Of a DNA stretch of 64,000 nt, positions 9,172-18,896 are shown one piece after another. The notes beneath the pieces were generated by a model. That model did no database searches. It was not told the DNA's origin and worked only from the letters and a program-made list of their open reading frames with translations. Every line of letters starts with the position of its first letter. Position 1 is the first letter of the stretch. Source of the stretch: Candidatus Latescibacterota bacterium (lineage in GTDB: Bacteria > Latescibacterota > UBA2968 > UBA8231); the NCBI GenBank assembly GCA_965203175.1, contig OZ241867.1, positions 1,184,001 through 1,248,000 on the forward strand, given 5' to 3'. Position numbers and translations under genes: made by a program.

Positions 9172-12076
9172 TGGGTTTCTCTTCTTCTGTGTTTGATGCC
9201 GCTTTGAGGACTTCGCGCATGGCGTCGTTTTCGTAGTAGCCCGCCCAGTCGTAGGGCGTCTCGCCCCAGCGGGCGTCGCTAATAGTCGTGTCTGCGCCCT
9301 TTTCTAGCAAATAGCGAATCAGTTCGACATCTTCGGTATCCACGGCCTTGTGCAGGGCCGTGCTGCCCCAATCCCATGGCCAGAAGCCGCCGACTAAAGC
9401 GTCGATATTGGCACCTTTCTCCAGTAGGAAGTCGATGGCCTCTCGGCCGCTGTTGTATACTGCGTAGTGCAGGGCCTCGTCCACGACCTGCTGGTCAGTG
9501 AGGACCGTGTCGGGGTCGGCGCGGTAGAGGCGGTTGGCCTCGGGCGTGGGTGCGCCGTCTTTGAAAAAGCCCGCCATCAGATCGGTGCGATTGAGCGAAG
9601 CGGCGAAGCGCAGGTCAACTGAGGCCCCCGCGTCGAGGAGCACCTCAGCCAGTTCCATTTGGCGGCTGGTCAGCAGGTCGTGCAGCACCTTGCCGTTGTT
9701 GCGGTCTGGATCCGCACCCTGCTCGTAGAGTAGCGCGAGCAGTTGCCCCTTGATCCCGGCCCATTCGAGCTGGGCAGCGGCGACCGCCAACTCCGCCGTC
9801 GTCACCGAATCCAGCGTCGCGGCGTCGGGGTCGGCACCTGCGGCGAGTAAGATAGTGGCCAACTCCACGACGTTTTCGGGCAGCGGCACTCGTTGCGGCT
9901 CGCCAGTCACGTGGTGCAAGAGCGTGGCCCCGCGAAAGTAAGAATATTCGTAGTACTCGTCGGAATAACCGCGCGCCGCCGCTAGCTTGGGATAATCAGA
10001 GAGCAGCTTCCGTAGCGTCTCGCTATCGCCGGCGTCGATGGTTTCTACAGCCTCGTAAAAGGCTTTGTGATCGGCGTCGCTGCGGTCGCGGCCTTGGGGC
10101 GGCAGTTCCTCGCCCTTGTGCGGAATAGCCAGTGCCACTAGCTCGGGCGGACGCTCGGGCTCGACGTGGTCATTACCCACTGGCACGACCACGTATTGGC
10201 GGCCGCCGGCCGTATAGCTCATCGGCGCGCCATAGGCATTGCTGGGCAATTCGACGCAACCGATTTCCTCGCCCGACGCCAAATCGTACGCCCGCAGATA
10301 GGCATCGCGGTCAGCGAAGTAGTCCCCGCCGGCGTCGGCGAGGTCGTGCGGATCCTGCGAAGTAGCCAACAGAAGGTTCGGCGTGGCCAGGACAAAGGTC
10401 CGATTGTCCCAACCCATATCCGGCAAGTCGAGGCCCTTGAGCGCAGGGTGATTGACCGGCCCCTTGCCCACCGTCGTCCGCCATAGATGCTCGCCGCTAT
10501 TGAGGTCAATCGCCGTGATGCTGCCGTACGGCGGCTTGACCAGCGGCAGACCACGCGGGCCGACGACGTGCATGTTGTTGCTAGCAGAAAATTCCGAGTA
10601 CGCCTCCGGGTCATCTACCCGATGCAACTGCACGGTGGTGATGGCCATGTGCGACGGCACGTACAGCACGCCCGTGCGCGGATCCGCCGCGCCGCCGGCC
10701 CAGTCGGCACCGCCCCATTGTCCGGGAACCGACAAAACGCCTTTCTCCGTTGGCGGCGTGTAGAGCGGACCGTAGTCGTATTCGGCTAGAATGGCCTTGG
10801 CTTCCTCGCGCAACTCAGGCGTAAAGTCGATCAGGTCGTCCTCGCTGATGCCTTGGCGCTCAAAGGGAGCCGGCTTGGTCGGAAAAGGCTGCGTCGGCGA
10901 GGTCTGTTCGCCTAGCACCTGCGATTGCGGCACCGGCTTTTCCTCAATCGGCCAGATCGGCTCACCAGCCACGCGGTCAAAGACGAAGCAAAAGGCCTGT
11001 TTCGTAAGCTGAGCGACGATCTTGCGCTGTTGGCCATCCACGACCACGTCCAACAGCAGGGGAGCAACCGGCGGATCGTAGTCCCACAGGCCGTGGTGGA
11101 CTAGTTGATAGTGCCACACCCGCTCGCCGGTCTCGGCCTTTAGACACACGACCGACTCGCTGAACAGGTTGTCGCCGGGGCGCTCGCCGCCGTAGTAGTC
11201 GTGACTGGCTGTGCTCACCGGCAGGTAGAGGTAACCCAACTCCTCGTCGGCTGTCATCGTCGCCCACACATTGGCCGCGCCGTACTTTTTCCACGCATCG
11301 CTTTCCCACGTCTCGTTGCCGTATTCGCCCTCCAACGGGATCGTGTGGAATTCCCACACCTTCTCGCCGGTGCGCGCGTCAAAGGCCTGCACATCGCCAG
11401 GAGGGGTGTACTCGGGCGGCGGCCTGAAGCGCCAGTCGCCCATAGCTGAGCCAACGGCGACCACGTCGCGGCAGACTACAGGATGGGACGTGATTCCGTA
11501 GTTCCAGCGATCCTCTTCGCCCAACGGTCGGCGTAGCGAGGCCCCCAAATCGACGCGCCCGCCTTCGCCAAAGTTCGGGTCGGGCAGGCCGGTCTTGGCG
11601 TCGATGGAATACAAATGGGAAGTCGATGTCGCCATAAATATCCGCTCGACCTCGCCATCGGTCCAATAGCTGACTCCGCGCAAATTGCCCAAGAAGCGGA
11701 AATTCATCCGCCAAGCCTCTGGGTCAAAAGTCCACAGCTCCTCGCCGCTTTGGCCGTCGACAGCCACGAGAATGTTAAAGGGCGAGCCATAGTAGATCAC
11801 GCCATTGACGGCGAGTGGCGTACCGCGGTTGTTGTCGAAACTGAGGCGGCGCCCCGTCGGGTTGGGGCCAGCCGTCTCGTAGATTTGCTGATCGGGGGGG
11901 CGGTAGCGCCAGACCACGCGCAACTGATCGAAATTGTCGCGATTGATCTGGTCGGCGGGGGTATAGCGGGTGCCGCCTTGGTCGGCGGCGTAGTGCGGCC
12001 AATCGACATCGCTGGCAAACGCCGCGAGCGCGAGCGACAACAATGCCAGCAAGGCCCCACAGGCTCGTCTGTTCAT
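9164..12076 (-). CDS. PQQ-dependent (Gcd-like) dehydrogenase fused to C-terminal ankyrin repeats, paralog 2
   Basis: Same architecture as 6157-9171 with long near-identical stretches. Ankyrin motifs GSTALHKAV, GETPYDWA. Overlaps paralog 1 start by 8 nt. Confidence 0.85.
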   Translation of the reverse strand: MNRRACGALLALLSLALAAFASDVDWPHYAADQGGTRYTPADQINRDNFDQLRVVWRYRPPDQQIYETAGPNPTGRRLSFDNNRGTPLAVNGVIYYGSPFNILVAVDGQSGEELWTFDPEAWRMNFRFLGNLRGVSYWTDGEVERIFMATSTSHLYSIDAKTGLPDPNFGEGGRVDLGASLRRPLGEEDRWNYGITSHPVVCRDVVAVGSAMGDWRFRPPPEYTPPGDVQAFDARTGEKVWEFHTIPLEGEYGNETWESDAWKKYGAANVWATMTADEELGYLYLPVSTASHDYYGGERPGDNLFSESVVCLKAETGERVWHYQLVHHGLWDYDPPVAPLLLDVVVDGQQRKIVAQLTKQAFCFVFDRVAGEPIWPIEEKPVPQSQVLGEQTSPTQPFPTKPAPFERQGISEDDLIDFTPELREEAKAILAEYDYGPLYTPPTEKGVLSVPGQWGGADWAGGAADPRTGVLYVPSHMAITTVQLHRVDDPEAYSEFSASNNMHVVGPRGLPLVKPPYGSITAIDLNSGEHLWRTTVGKGPVNHPALKGLDLPDMGWDNRTFVLATPNLLLATSQDPHDLADAGGDYFADRDAYLRAYDLASGEEIGCVELPSNAYGAPMSYTAGGRQYVVVPVGNDHVEPERPPELVALAIPHKGEELPPQGRDRSDADHKAFYEAVETIDAGDSETLRKLLSDYPKLAAARGYSDEYYEYSYFRGATLLHHVTGEPQRVPLPENVVELATILLAAGADPDAATLDSVTTAELAVAAAQLEWAGIKGQLLALLYEQGADPDRNNGKVLHDLLTSRQMELAEVLLDAGASVDLRFAASLNRTDLMAGFFKDGAPTPEANRLYRADPDTVLTDQQVVDEALHYAVYNSGREAIDFLLEKGANIDALVGGFWPWDWGSTALHKAVDTEDVELIRYLLEKGADTTISDARWGETPYDWAGYYENDAMREVLKAASNTEEEKPNE

Positions 12077-12172
12077 GCTTTCTCCTCTCTTCGTAGCAAG
12101 GTCCTCAAGCGAAGGAAGAGTTGGTGTTAAACAGTGTCAACGGAGCCGTTAGTCGCAACGCCCTCGGCAAAT

Positions 12173-12913
12173 TCAGCGGTACTGGTCCAAATTCCCCTTG
12201 TACTCCAAGCCCAGCACTTCCCGACCTCGCGCCGTATTGCAGGTGGCGTCGGCTTCGGGCGTGCCAACCACGTGCAATACGTCAAACTCGACCTCGTCCC
12301 TTTCCAAGGCCAGTCGGCAGGCTTCGGCTAAATCGTGGCGGCAGACGAATCCGTTGCGGATGTTCAATGGCTCCCGATACTTGCCGATCCCCAAGCGCGA
12401 ATCCACAATGTAGTCGGGCCGCAGGACTACGATGGGCAGCCCAAAGGCTTCGTGGAACTGGCGGCACATTTCCTCCTGCAGTCGCTTGCACACCGCGTAC
12501 AAGCTGCCGTCGGGCCGCCGCACCTCAGAGGAGAAGAAAATTCCCTCGGGATGCACGGTCTGACACGAGCCGATGTGTACTACTTTGCGGATGCCCTGCT
12601 CTTGGGCCACTTGCAGGACATTCCACAGGCCCTTGAGGTTGATGAGGAAGGGCTTGTCGTCGGTGGGATCGCCGACGAAGTAAACCGCGGTGTGAATGAC
12701 GCAATCCACGCCGCTGATGGCTTGCTCCACCGCGTGGTAATCGGCTATATCGCCGTGGACCACTTCGCCGCCGTTCCAATCGCCGTCTGTGTCGCGATAC
12801 GCCTCCCAAGCTTGGGGGCCGTACTCAAAAGCGCGGATGTCGTGTTTGCCAGCTAGGTTTTGCAAGACGGCGCGACCCAGCCAACCGGCGGCACCGAAGA
12901 CTACGGTTTTCAT
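12173..12913 (-). CDS. NAD(P)-dependent epimerase/dehydrogenase (extended SDR, uronate dehydrogenase-like)
   Basis: Start MKTVVFGAAGWLG (GxxGxxG). YAVCK catalytic YxxxK motif. Confidence 0.8.
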   Translation of the reverse strand: MKTVVFGAAGWLGRAVLQNLAGKHDIRAFEYGPQAWEAYRDTDGDWNGGEVVHGDIADYHAVEQAISGVDCVIHTAVYFVGDPTDDKPFLINLKGLWNVLQVAQEQGIRKVVHIGSCQTVHPEGIFFSSEVRRPDGSLYAVCKRLQEEMCRQFHEAFGLPIVVLRPDYIVDSRLGIGKYREPLNIRNGFVCRHDLAEACRLALERDEVEFDVLHVVGTPEADATCNTARGREVLGLEYKGNLDQYR

Positions 12914-12941
12914 GGGGGTTCCTTTCTCGAAGTTGCCGAAG

Positions 12942-13697
12942 TCACCGCGGCTCATAGCGGTCGGCGCGGCGGCGACCCAACAGTCCCGGGCATAGGCGGC
13001 GGAAATCCTCGGGCATGCGTTCGTACGTCTCTGGCCACAGAGGCTGGTGGCCGCCTTCAATCCAGTTGTTAAACCAAGGCGGGTAATACGCGATATTCAA
13101 CCCTATCCGCACGTCCTCGCTCTGATTGGCCCGGGCCTGGTGAAAAAGCCCTCCGTGCCACAGCATCACGGAACCTGCGCGGCCTTCCACGGGCTTGATC
13201 AACGGGTTATCAGCACCCATATCGGGTGGCGGAGCGGGCCGCCGCGACCGGTGGCTCATGGGCACGACGCCGGTGGCCCCATTGGCCTCGGTAAAATCCG
13301 TCAGCATCCAGATGCTGTTGATCATCCACGGCACATCGGGCACTTGGGCAAACGAGCCCGCAGAATCCGCGTGTAAATGCTGAGCAGGAGCCCCGGGCCA
13401 CGTGGGCTTGGAGCACGCTTCGACGACGCGGCAGCGCGGCCCCAAAAAGTGCTGCGCAAGGGCCACAGTATCCGAGTGGAAGGCGCAGTTCCAAACCTCG
13501 TCGTCCTGGTTGAGCATGCCGAACAAGGTCTGATAGTACTCGTCGCCCACGATATAGTCCTGGTAGCGCGGATCGCTGTGTAGTGCCAGACAGCGGCGAC
13601 CCAACGCCAAGGCGGCCTCGCGGGGTATGCGATCCTTTAGCACGCAGAACCCATACGCGTCTAGATGCTCGGCGGCGGCCTGCAATTCTTCGTTCAC
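12942..13697 (-). CDS. Phytanoyl-CoA dioxygenase (PhyH) family protein
   Basis: GTG start overlaps the upstream stop (GTGA). Motifs HAD, WMLTDFTEANGAT..VPMSH, LFHQARAN. Confidence 0.85.
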   Translation of the reverse strand: MNEELQAAAEHLDAYGFCVLKDRIPREAALALGRRCLALHSDPRYQDYIVGDEYYQTLFGMLNQDDEVWNCAFHSDTVALAQHFLGPRCRVVEACSKPTWPGAPAQHLHADSAGSFAQVPDVPWMINSIWMLTDFTEANGATGVVPMSHRSRRPAPPPDMGADNPLIKPVEGRAGSVMLWHGGLFHQARANQSEDVRIGLNIAYYPPWFNNWIEGGHQPLWPETYERMPEDFRRLCPGLLGRRRADRYEPR

Positions 13698-14737
13698 GTC
13701 TCTACCTCCACGCCAGCTTCTTGGGCGACCTGCACTAGCTGGCTCCAAACCCCTTCTTCCACCGGGATGCCCTCGCGCCGGTAGCGCGCCTCAGTGACGA
13801 ATTCGCGTTCGCCCGGCACCAGCACCCCGTTGCTGCCACGCGCTGACGCGGACGAGCGCACGTAGGCGATCATGCGGTCCAATTCGGCGCGGAAGCGCTC
13901 GGCATTGACCCTAGCCGCCGCATCCACCGCCAACAGCCACATCGTATTGGCATTGGATTCCAGTCCCTCCTCGCGCCAAGTGGGCTCGCCCAGCAGGCAG
14001 CTAAAAATCTGAACCATGAGACCCAAGCCGAAGCCCTTGTATCCTTGGTCTCCTCCAAAGGGCAGGATCGCCCCGACCTCGTACAGGTCGGCTGGGTCGG
14101 TGGAAGGCGCTCCACTCCGATCTACCAAGGTGTCTTCGGGTAGCGCTTGCCCGGTATCCCGGTATAGGCGCACGCGTCCTTCGGGCAGGGCCGCGGTTGA
14201 GAAATCCATTACTACGGGCTGGTTCAAAGTGGGGGCCGCAAACGCGATGGGGTTGGTGCCCAGCCGTCCTTCGCGCCCGCCAAACGGTGCCACCCAATGC
14301 CCCTCGCCTGACGTGCTGCAGGTAACCAAGGCCACGCACTGGGCTTCTGCGACCTGTTCAGCGTACGCTCCCAAGCGCCCCACGTGACGACAGCGGCGCA
14401 GGCTGGCACTGCCCAAGCCAAACCGCTGGGCGCGCTCAATCGCTAGCTCCGTGGCCCGCTGGGCCCCAATCTGGCCGAAATTCCACTGGCCGTCCACCAG
14501 CGCGGTAGCCGCGGCACCCTCTCGCACCAACACCTCCGCGCCCGGCACGATAGCACCGCGCCGGATGTCTTCTACGTACTGCGATACGCGCAATACTCCG
14601 TGCGACGGCAGACCCATGAGATCGGCCTGCACCAACAGGCGGGCCACAGTCTGCGCCTCTTGAGCCGGAGTGCCGTGGGCCTCAAAAACGCTGGCGGCTA
14701 ACCGCTCCAGCGCGTCGCCTTGGAATCGTCTCGTCAT
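13694..14737 (-). CDS. Ldh_2 family oxidoreductase (malate/L-lactate/sulfolactate dehydrogenase-like)
   Basis: SHGVLR, HVGRLG, GTNPIAFAAP, GYKGFGL, PGERE motifs. Confidence 0.9.
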   Translation of the reverse strand: MTRRFQGDALERLAASVFEAHGTPAQEAQTVARLLVQADLMGLPSHGVLRVSQYVEDIRRGAIVPGAEVLVREGAAATALVDGQWNFGQIGAQRATELAIERAQRFGLGSASLRRCRHVGRLGAYAEQVAEAQCVALVTCSTSGEGHWVAPFGGREGRLGTNPIAFAAPTLNQPVVMDFSTAALPEGRVRLYRDTGQALPEDTLVDRSGAPSTDPADLYEVGAILPFGGDQGYKGFGLGLMVQIFSCLLGEPTWREEGLESNANTMWLLAVDAAARVNAERFRAELDRMIAYVRSSASARGSNGVLVPGEREFVTEARYRREGIPVEEGVWSQLVQVAQEAGVEVET

Positions 14738-14750
14738 ATATCCGCAGATC

Positions 14751-16349
14751 TCACTCTACGACAAAGGTCGCCCGGGTCTCTTGGCTCTCTTCGTACCCAA
14801 TGCGAATTGCCTTGGCCCGCAAGGTGGTCGTCCCAACTTCCATGCGCAACGGCTCGGTGTAGAGGTGCCAGTGCGGATCGTCGTCCACGGCGTACGCCAT
14901 AGAAGCCCCCTGCGTGGCGCAGTGGAGTTGCACCAGCAGCGGTCCCCGGAATGTACCGCCTTCCAGCGCTGGCTCAGTCCCAGGGCCGTCGGCACAGATG
15001 GGCACGCACACCGGCGAGGCCGTCTGCGGCTGTTGGCCATCGGGATACCACTGCCGCACCATTTCGCTTTCCGCCATGCGGCCCATGTCGCCTATTTCTT
15101 CCAGCCATTCGTCCAAGGCACCGCGCAGGCGATCCCGCTCCGGCTGGTACTGGGGATTGGCCGCCAAGTTGTCGATCTCGTGCGGATCGGCTTCGGTGTC
15201 GTACAGCTCTTCGACCGGCCTCGGGTAGCGGAACATGACCGATTGCGTCTCATTCAGTTCGTCGGCCAAGTGCAAGCGCCACATCTCCTGCACAATGGGG
15301 TGCCGATTGCGATAGGGAATCCACGCCAAGTAGGGCAGGTCTGGCCGGCAGTTGCGGATGTACTTAAAGCGGCGGTCGCGCACCGCTCGCACCATGTCGT
15401 ACGCCTCGTCGTGCCGGTCGCGGCTCGCGTATATGTACTCCCTGGGCGGTTGGGCTTGGCGGCCCAGAAACGCGCGGCCCTGCATGTGGGCGGGCACGTC
15501 AATCCCCGCGAGCGAGAGCACCGTAGGGCCTAGATCAACGGTGCTTACCAAGTCCTCGCAGACCTCCCCTGCTTCCATGCCGGGGCCCCGGGCGATCAGG
15601 GGTACGCGAATGCCTGAGTCGTACGGCCAGCGCTTGCCGCGCGGCAGCGGGCCGTGATCGCTCCAGTGAAAGACGTACGTATTCTCGGACAAGCCGTCTT
15701 CGTCGAGTTGTTGCAGGAGTTGGGATAGCTCTTGGTCGCTGTGCGCAATATTTGTGTACATCCGCGCCATGGCTTGGCGTACTGCGGGGGTATCGGGAAA
15801 ATAGGGCGGCAGCGGGATGGCATCCGGGTCGAACTCCGGTTCCGGGCACTTCTCCGGCCACATGCCGCTTTCGTGGGTGCGCGTGGGATTGAAGACCGCG
15901 AAAAACGGCTGGTCTGGATCGGGGCGGTCGCGCCAGTGAGCGTGCGCGCCGAGCGCATCCCAAGCCGTCAGCGGGGGAGTAAACTGGTAGTCGGTCTTGG
16001 CGTTGTTGCTGCAGTAGTAACCAGCCGCCCGCAGGTATTCCGTGAAGCACTTTACGTAGTGCGGCACGACAGCCGAATACGGCGTGGGCATCTCCGGAGT
16101 AGCGCGATTGGCGTGCGTCGTGCGCATGTGGTGGGTGCCCATGGAGATCGCGTACATGCCGGTGATAACGGCCGACCGGGCCGGGGCACAGACGCCGGCC
16201 GTGGAGAAACAGCGCGTCCAGCGGCATCCCTCGGTTGCGAGCCGGTCCAACGTGGGCGTGCGCGCCACCGGGTCGCCGTAGCACCCGTACCGGGGGTTGG
16301 TATCCTCAAATGAAATCCACAGGAAATTGGGTTTGCGATCCTTAGCCAT
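14751..16349 (-). CDS. Sulfatase with C-terminal Fn3-associated/CHB_HEX_C-like domain
   Basis: CAPAR formylglycine motif, SDHG, ELYD..ADPHE..NLA. C-terminal 'HCATQGASMAY...YTEPL...LRAKAIRIGY' domain. Confidence 0.9.
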   Translation of the reverse strand: MAKDRKPNFLWISFEDTNPRYGCYGDPVARTPTLDRLATEGCRWTRCFSTAGVCAPARSAVITGMYAISMGTHHMRTTHANRATPEMPTPYSAVVPHYVKCFTEYLRAAGYYCSNNAKTDYQFTPPLTAWDALGAHAHWRDRPDPDQPFFAVFNPTRTHESGMWPEKCPEPEFDPDAIPLPPYFPDTPAVRQAMARMYTNIAHSDQELSQLLQQLDEDGLSENTYVFHWSDHGPLPRGKRWPYDSGIRVPLIARGPGMEAGEVCEDLVSTVDLGPTVLSLAGIDVPAHMQGRAFLGRQAQPPREYIYASRDRHDEAYDMVRAVRDRRFKYIRNCRPDLPYLAWIPYRNRHPIVQEMWRLHLADELNETQSVMFRYPRPVEELYDTEADPHEIDNLAANPQYQPERDRLRGALDEWLEEIGDMGRMAESEMVRQWYPDGQQPQTASPVCVPICADGPGTEPALEGGTFRGPLLVQLHCATQGASMAYAVDDDPHWHLYTEPLRMEVGTTTLRAKAIRIGYEESQETRATFVVE

Positions 16350-16421
16350 AAACTCCTTGCCTTACTTGTTGCTAACAAAGTAATGGTTCGAACCTCCCGC
16401 GCCTCCCACGCCGCGCCGAAA

Positions 16422-16449
16422 ACTGTAGCGAGACGCGGCGAACTGTCAA
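16422..16449 (-). promoter_or_regulatory. Putative sigma70 promoter for the sulfatase cluster
   Basis: Minus strand TTGACA (16444-16449), 16 nt spacer, TACAGT (16422-16427). Confidence 0.45.
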
Positions 16450-16558
16450 GCGCGTGATTTAACTGCACCTCGACCGTTTGCGCGCCGGGACAGGGTTGTT
16501 TGCCGCATACTCGTTGCGCATACTATGCGCTGCCATTTCTCAAAATAGACGAGCCTCC

Positions 16559-17668
16559 ATGAATCAGCACGCCTATCGCCGCCTAGAAGCACTGCTAAAA
16601 GAGGCCGACGTGCGCATCGGCGGAGATCGGCCTTGGGATGTAGCGGTCCACGACGACCGCTTTTTCGCACACGTGCTAGCCCACGGATCGCTGGGCGCGG
16701 GCGAGGCGTACATGGATGGGTGGTGGGACTGCCCGCAGCTAGACGAACTTTGCGCACGGATTTCGCGCGGCCGGCTGGACCTAAAGTTGCGCGGTCGGCT
16801 TCTGCCTTATCTGAAGTCACGGCTGCTCAACCTGCAAACGCCTGCCCGCTCCTTCCAAGCCGGCCAGTACCACTACGATATAGGGAACGATCTGTACCGG
16901 GCTATGCTCGACCAGCGCATGATCTACAGCTGCGGTTACTGGCGCAATGCCGCCAATTTAGACGAGGCACAAGAGGCCAAGCTCGACTTGTGCTGCCGCA
17001 AGCTAGGGCTAGAACCGGGGATGAGCCTACTCGACATCGGCTGCGGCTGGGGGGGCACCCTGCGGTTTGCGGTCCAGCGCTATGGAGTCAAGGGGGTGGG
17101 CGTCACCGTTTCCAAAGAGCAGGCAAAACTGGCGGAGGAGACGTGCCACGGGCTGCGAGTGGAGATTCGCTTGCAGGACTACCGCGCCTTAGACGAGCGC
17201 TTTGACCGCATCTTGTCGATCGGCATGTTCGAGCACGTGGGCGTCAAGAACTACTCGACCTTCATGCACACGGTCAAACGCTGCCTAGCGCCAGACGGCC
17301 GCTTTTTACTGCACACCATCGGCCGCAACAACTCGGCGGCCAGCAACGATCCTTGGGTTGAGCGCTACATTTTCCCCAACTCCGTGCTGCCTTCCGCCAA
17401 GCAGATTACCAGGGCTGCCGAGGAGCTCTTCGTCTTAGAGGACTGGCACGCCTTCGGCCAGCATTACGACCGGACGCTGATGGCTTGGTACGCCAACTTC
17501 AACGAGGCTTGGAGCGAACTCAAGGCCCACTACGACGAGCGCTTCTACCGGATGTGGACGTTCTACCTGCTGACCAGCGCCGGCTCCTTCCGCGCCCGGT
17601 CCAACCAACTCTGGCAAGTACTCTTCTCATCCAACGGGATTGAAGGGTCCTACGAAGTGCCTCGGTAA
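16559..17668 (+). CDS. cfa: Cyclopropane-fatty-acyl-phospholipid synthase
   Basis: HYDIGNDLY, YSCGYW, LDIGCGWG, SIGMFEHVG, YIFPN motifs. Likely start MNQH at 16559. Confidence 0.92.
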   Translation: MNQHAYRRLEALLKEADVRIGGDRPWDVAVHDDRFFAHVLAHGSLGAGEAYMDGWWDCPQLDELCARISRGRLDLKLRGRLLPYLKSRLLNLQTPARSFQAGQYHYDIGNDLYRAMLDQRMIYSCGYWRNAANLDEAQEAKLDLCCRKLGLEPGMSLLDIGCGWGGTLRFAVQRYGVKGVGVTVSKEQAKLAEETCHGLRVEIRLQDYRALDERFDRILSIGMFEHVGVKNYSTFMHTVKRCLAPDGRFLLHTIGRNNSAASNDPWVERYIFPNSVLPSAKQITRAAEELFVLEDWHAFGQHYDRTLMAWYANFNEAWSELKAHYDERFYRMWTFYLLTSAGSFRARSNQLWQVLFSSNGIEGSYEVPR

Positions 17669-17706
17669 AGAGTAATTGCAAAAATAAAACATTCAGGAGG
17701 TCAATC

Positions 17707-18264
17707 TTGAGCGAAGTGAAACACCTAGCCATGGAAGTGCTGACCGCCGGGCTAGACGATATTCGTCAGTCGCCCAAAGCCACGGGCGCATTGGAACTCA
17801 TCGTGCGGCGGCCGCAGACCGAAGCGCGGGAAGTCTTAGACGTGGGGGAACTCGATTTAGTCGAAGGGCTGGTGGGCGACAATTGGAAACAGCGCGGCAG
17901 TTCGCAAACTGCAGATGGATCGGCGAATCCAGATACGCAACTCACGCTGACTAACGCCCGCTTGATGGCCCTAGTGGCCCAAGAAAAGGAGCGTTGGCCT
18001 TTGGCAGGGGATCAGCTATACGTCGACTTCGACCTAAGCGTGGACAACATACCGCCCGGGACTCGCCTGTCTCTCGGCGCGGCCGTAATCCAAATCACGG
18101 AGCCACCCCACACCGGTTGCAAAAAATACGCCGCGCGCTTTGGGCTGGACGCCCTGAAATTTGTCAATTCCCGGGTGGGCAGACAGCTTCGGCTGCGCGG
18201 CGTCAACGCCAAGGTCATTCGCCCAGGCGCAATACGGGTTGGAGACGCCGTGAAGAAGCTGTGA
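17707..18264 (+). CDS. MOSC domain protein
   Basis: GDQLYVD..LS, PHTGCKK, RLRGVNAKVI..G.IRVGD motifs. Confidence 0.85.
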   Translation: MSEVKHLAMEVLTAGLDDIRQSPKATGALELIVRRPQTEAREVLDVGELDLVEGLVGDNWKQRGSSQTADGSANPDTQLTLTNARLMALVAQEKERWPLAGDQLYVDFDLSVDNIPPGTRLSLGAAVIQITEPPHTGCKKYAARFGLDALKFVNSRVGRQLRLRGVNAKVIRPGAIRVGDAVKKL

Positions 18265-18312
18265 TCCCAGCCTAGCCCCGGCCGACTCTGGCCGAGGACC
18301 GGTCGCGTGGTT

Positions 18313-18774
18313 CTAAAACCCGCCGCCCTGCGGGCCATCTCCACCCCCGCGCGGCCCACCGCGCTGGCGCTGCTGCTGGCGTTGCGCCTGCTGCAGATGC
18401 GCTTTTAGAGCCTCGATCTGCTCGGCGTCTAACGCCGTGGCGAGCGCGGCCATGATCTTCTCGCGCATCTTGCTCTGCTGCTCGCGCATTTTCTCGCGCA
18501 GAGCCCGAAAATCGGTCTCGCCGCGGCCGCCGCTGAACATTTCCGCCATCATCTGCCGTTGCTCAACGAATAGTGGCTTAAGCGCTTGTCGCAGTGCGAT
18601 TAGCTGCTTGTCGGTCACGTTGAACTTCTCATCAAAGGCCAGTAGGCTAAAAATCTGCTCCGGTGCTATGCCGCCGCCCATGCCGCCACGCCTGCCTCCT
18701 GGCTGGGCTTCGAGCGCCACGGCGCTCGACAAACAAACAGCGACAACCCACAGGGATATCTTGCGAATGCACAT
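18313..18774 (-). CDS. Secreted helical protein, Spy/CpxP-like
   Basis: Signal peptide, Gly/Arg-rich termini, 'NVTDKQ' and 'LDAEQ' LTxxQ-like motifs. Confidence 0.5.
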   Translation of the reverse strand: MCIRKISLWVVAVCLSSAVALEAQPGGRRGGMGGGIAPEQIFSLLAFDEKFNVTDKQLIALRQALKPLFVEQRQMMAEMFSGGRGETDFRALREKMREQQSKMREKIMAALATALDAEQIEALKAHLQQAQRQQQRQRGGPRGGGDGPQGGGF

Positions 18775-18896
18775 TATGGTTCTCCTTGTAAAATTTTGAG
18801 GGACACTACAGCGAATTAGACACCCCGTCGCCGCGATTTATTCCCGCGCTTTTGCGGGGGTTGATACAATCGCAGAGGTGGGATACTCCCTAGGGC

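Noticed and set aside
5074-9207. Long antisense ORFs (e.g. 5074-6063, 8080-9207) and similar shadow ORFs across the window
   Set aside because: Expected shadows of GC-rich coding strands, with no recognisable motifs.
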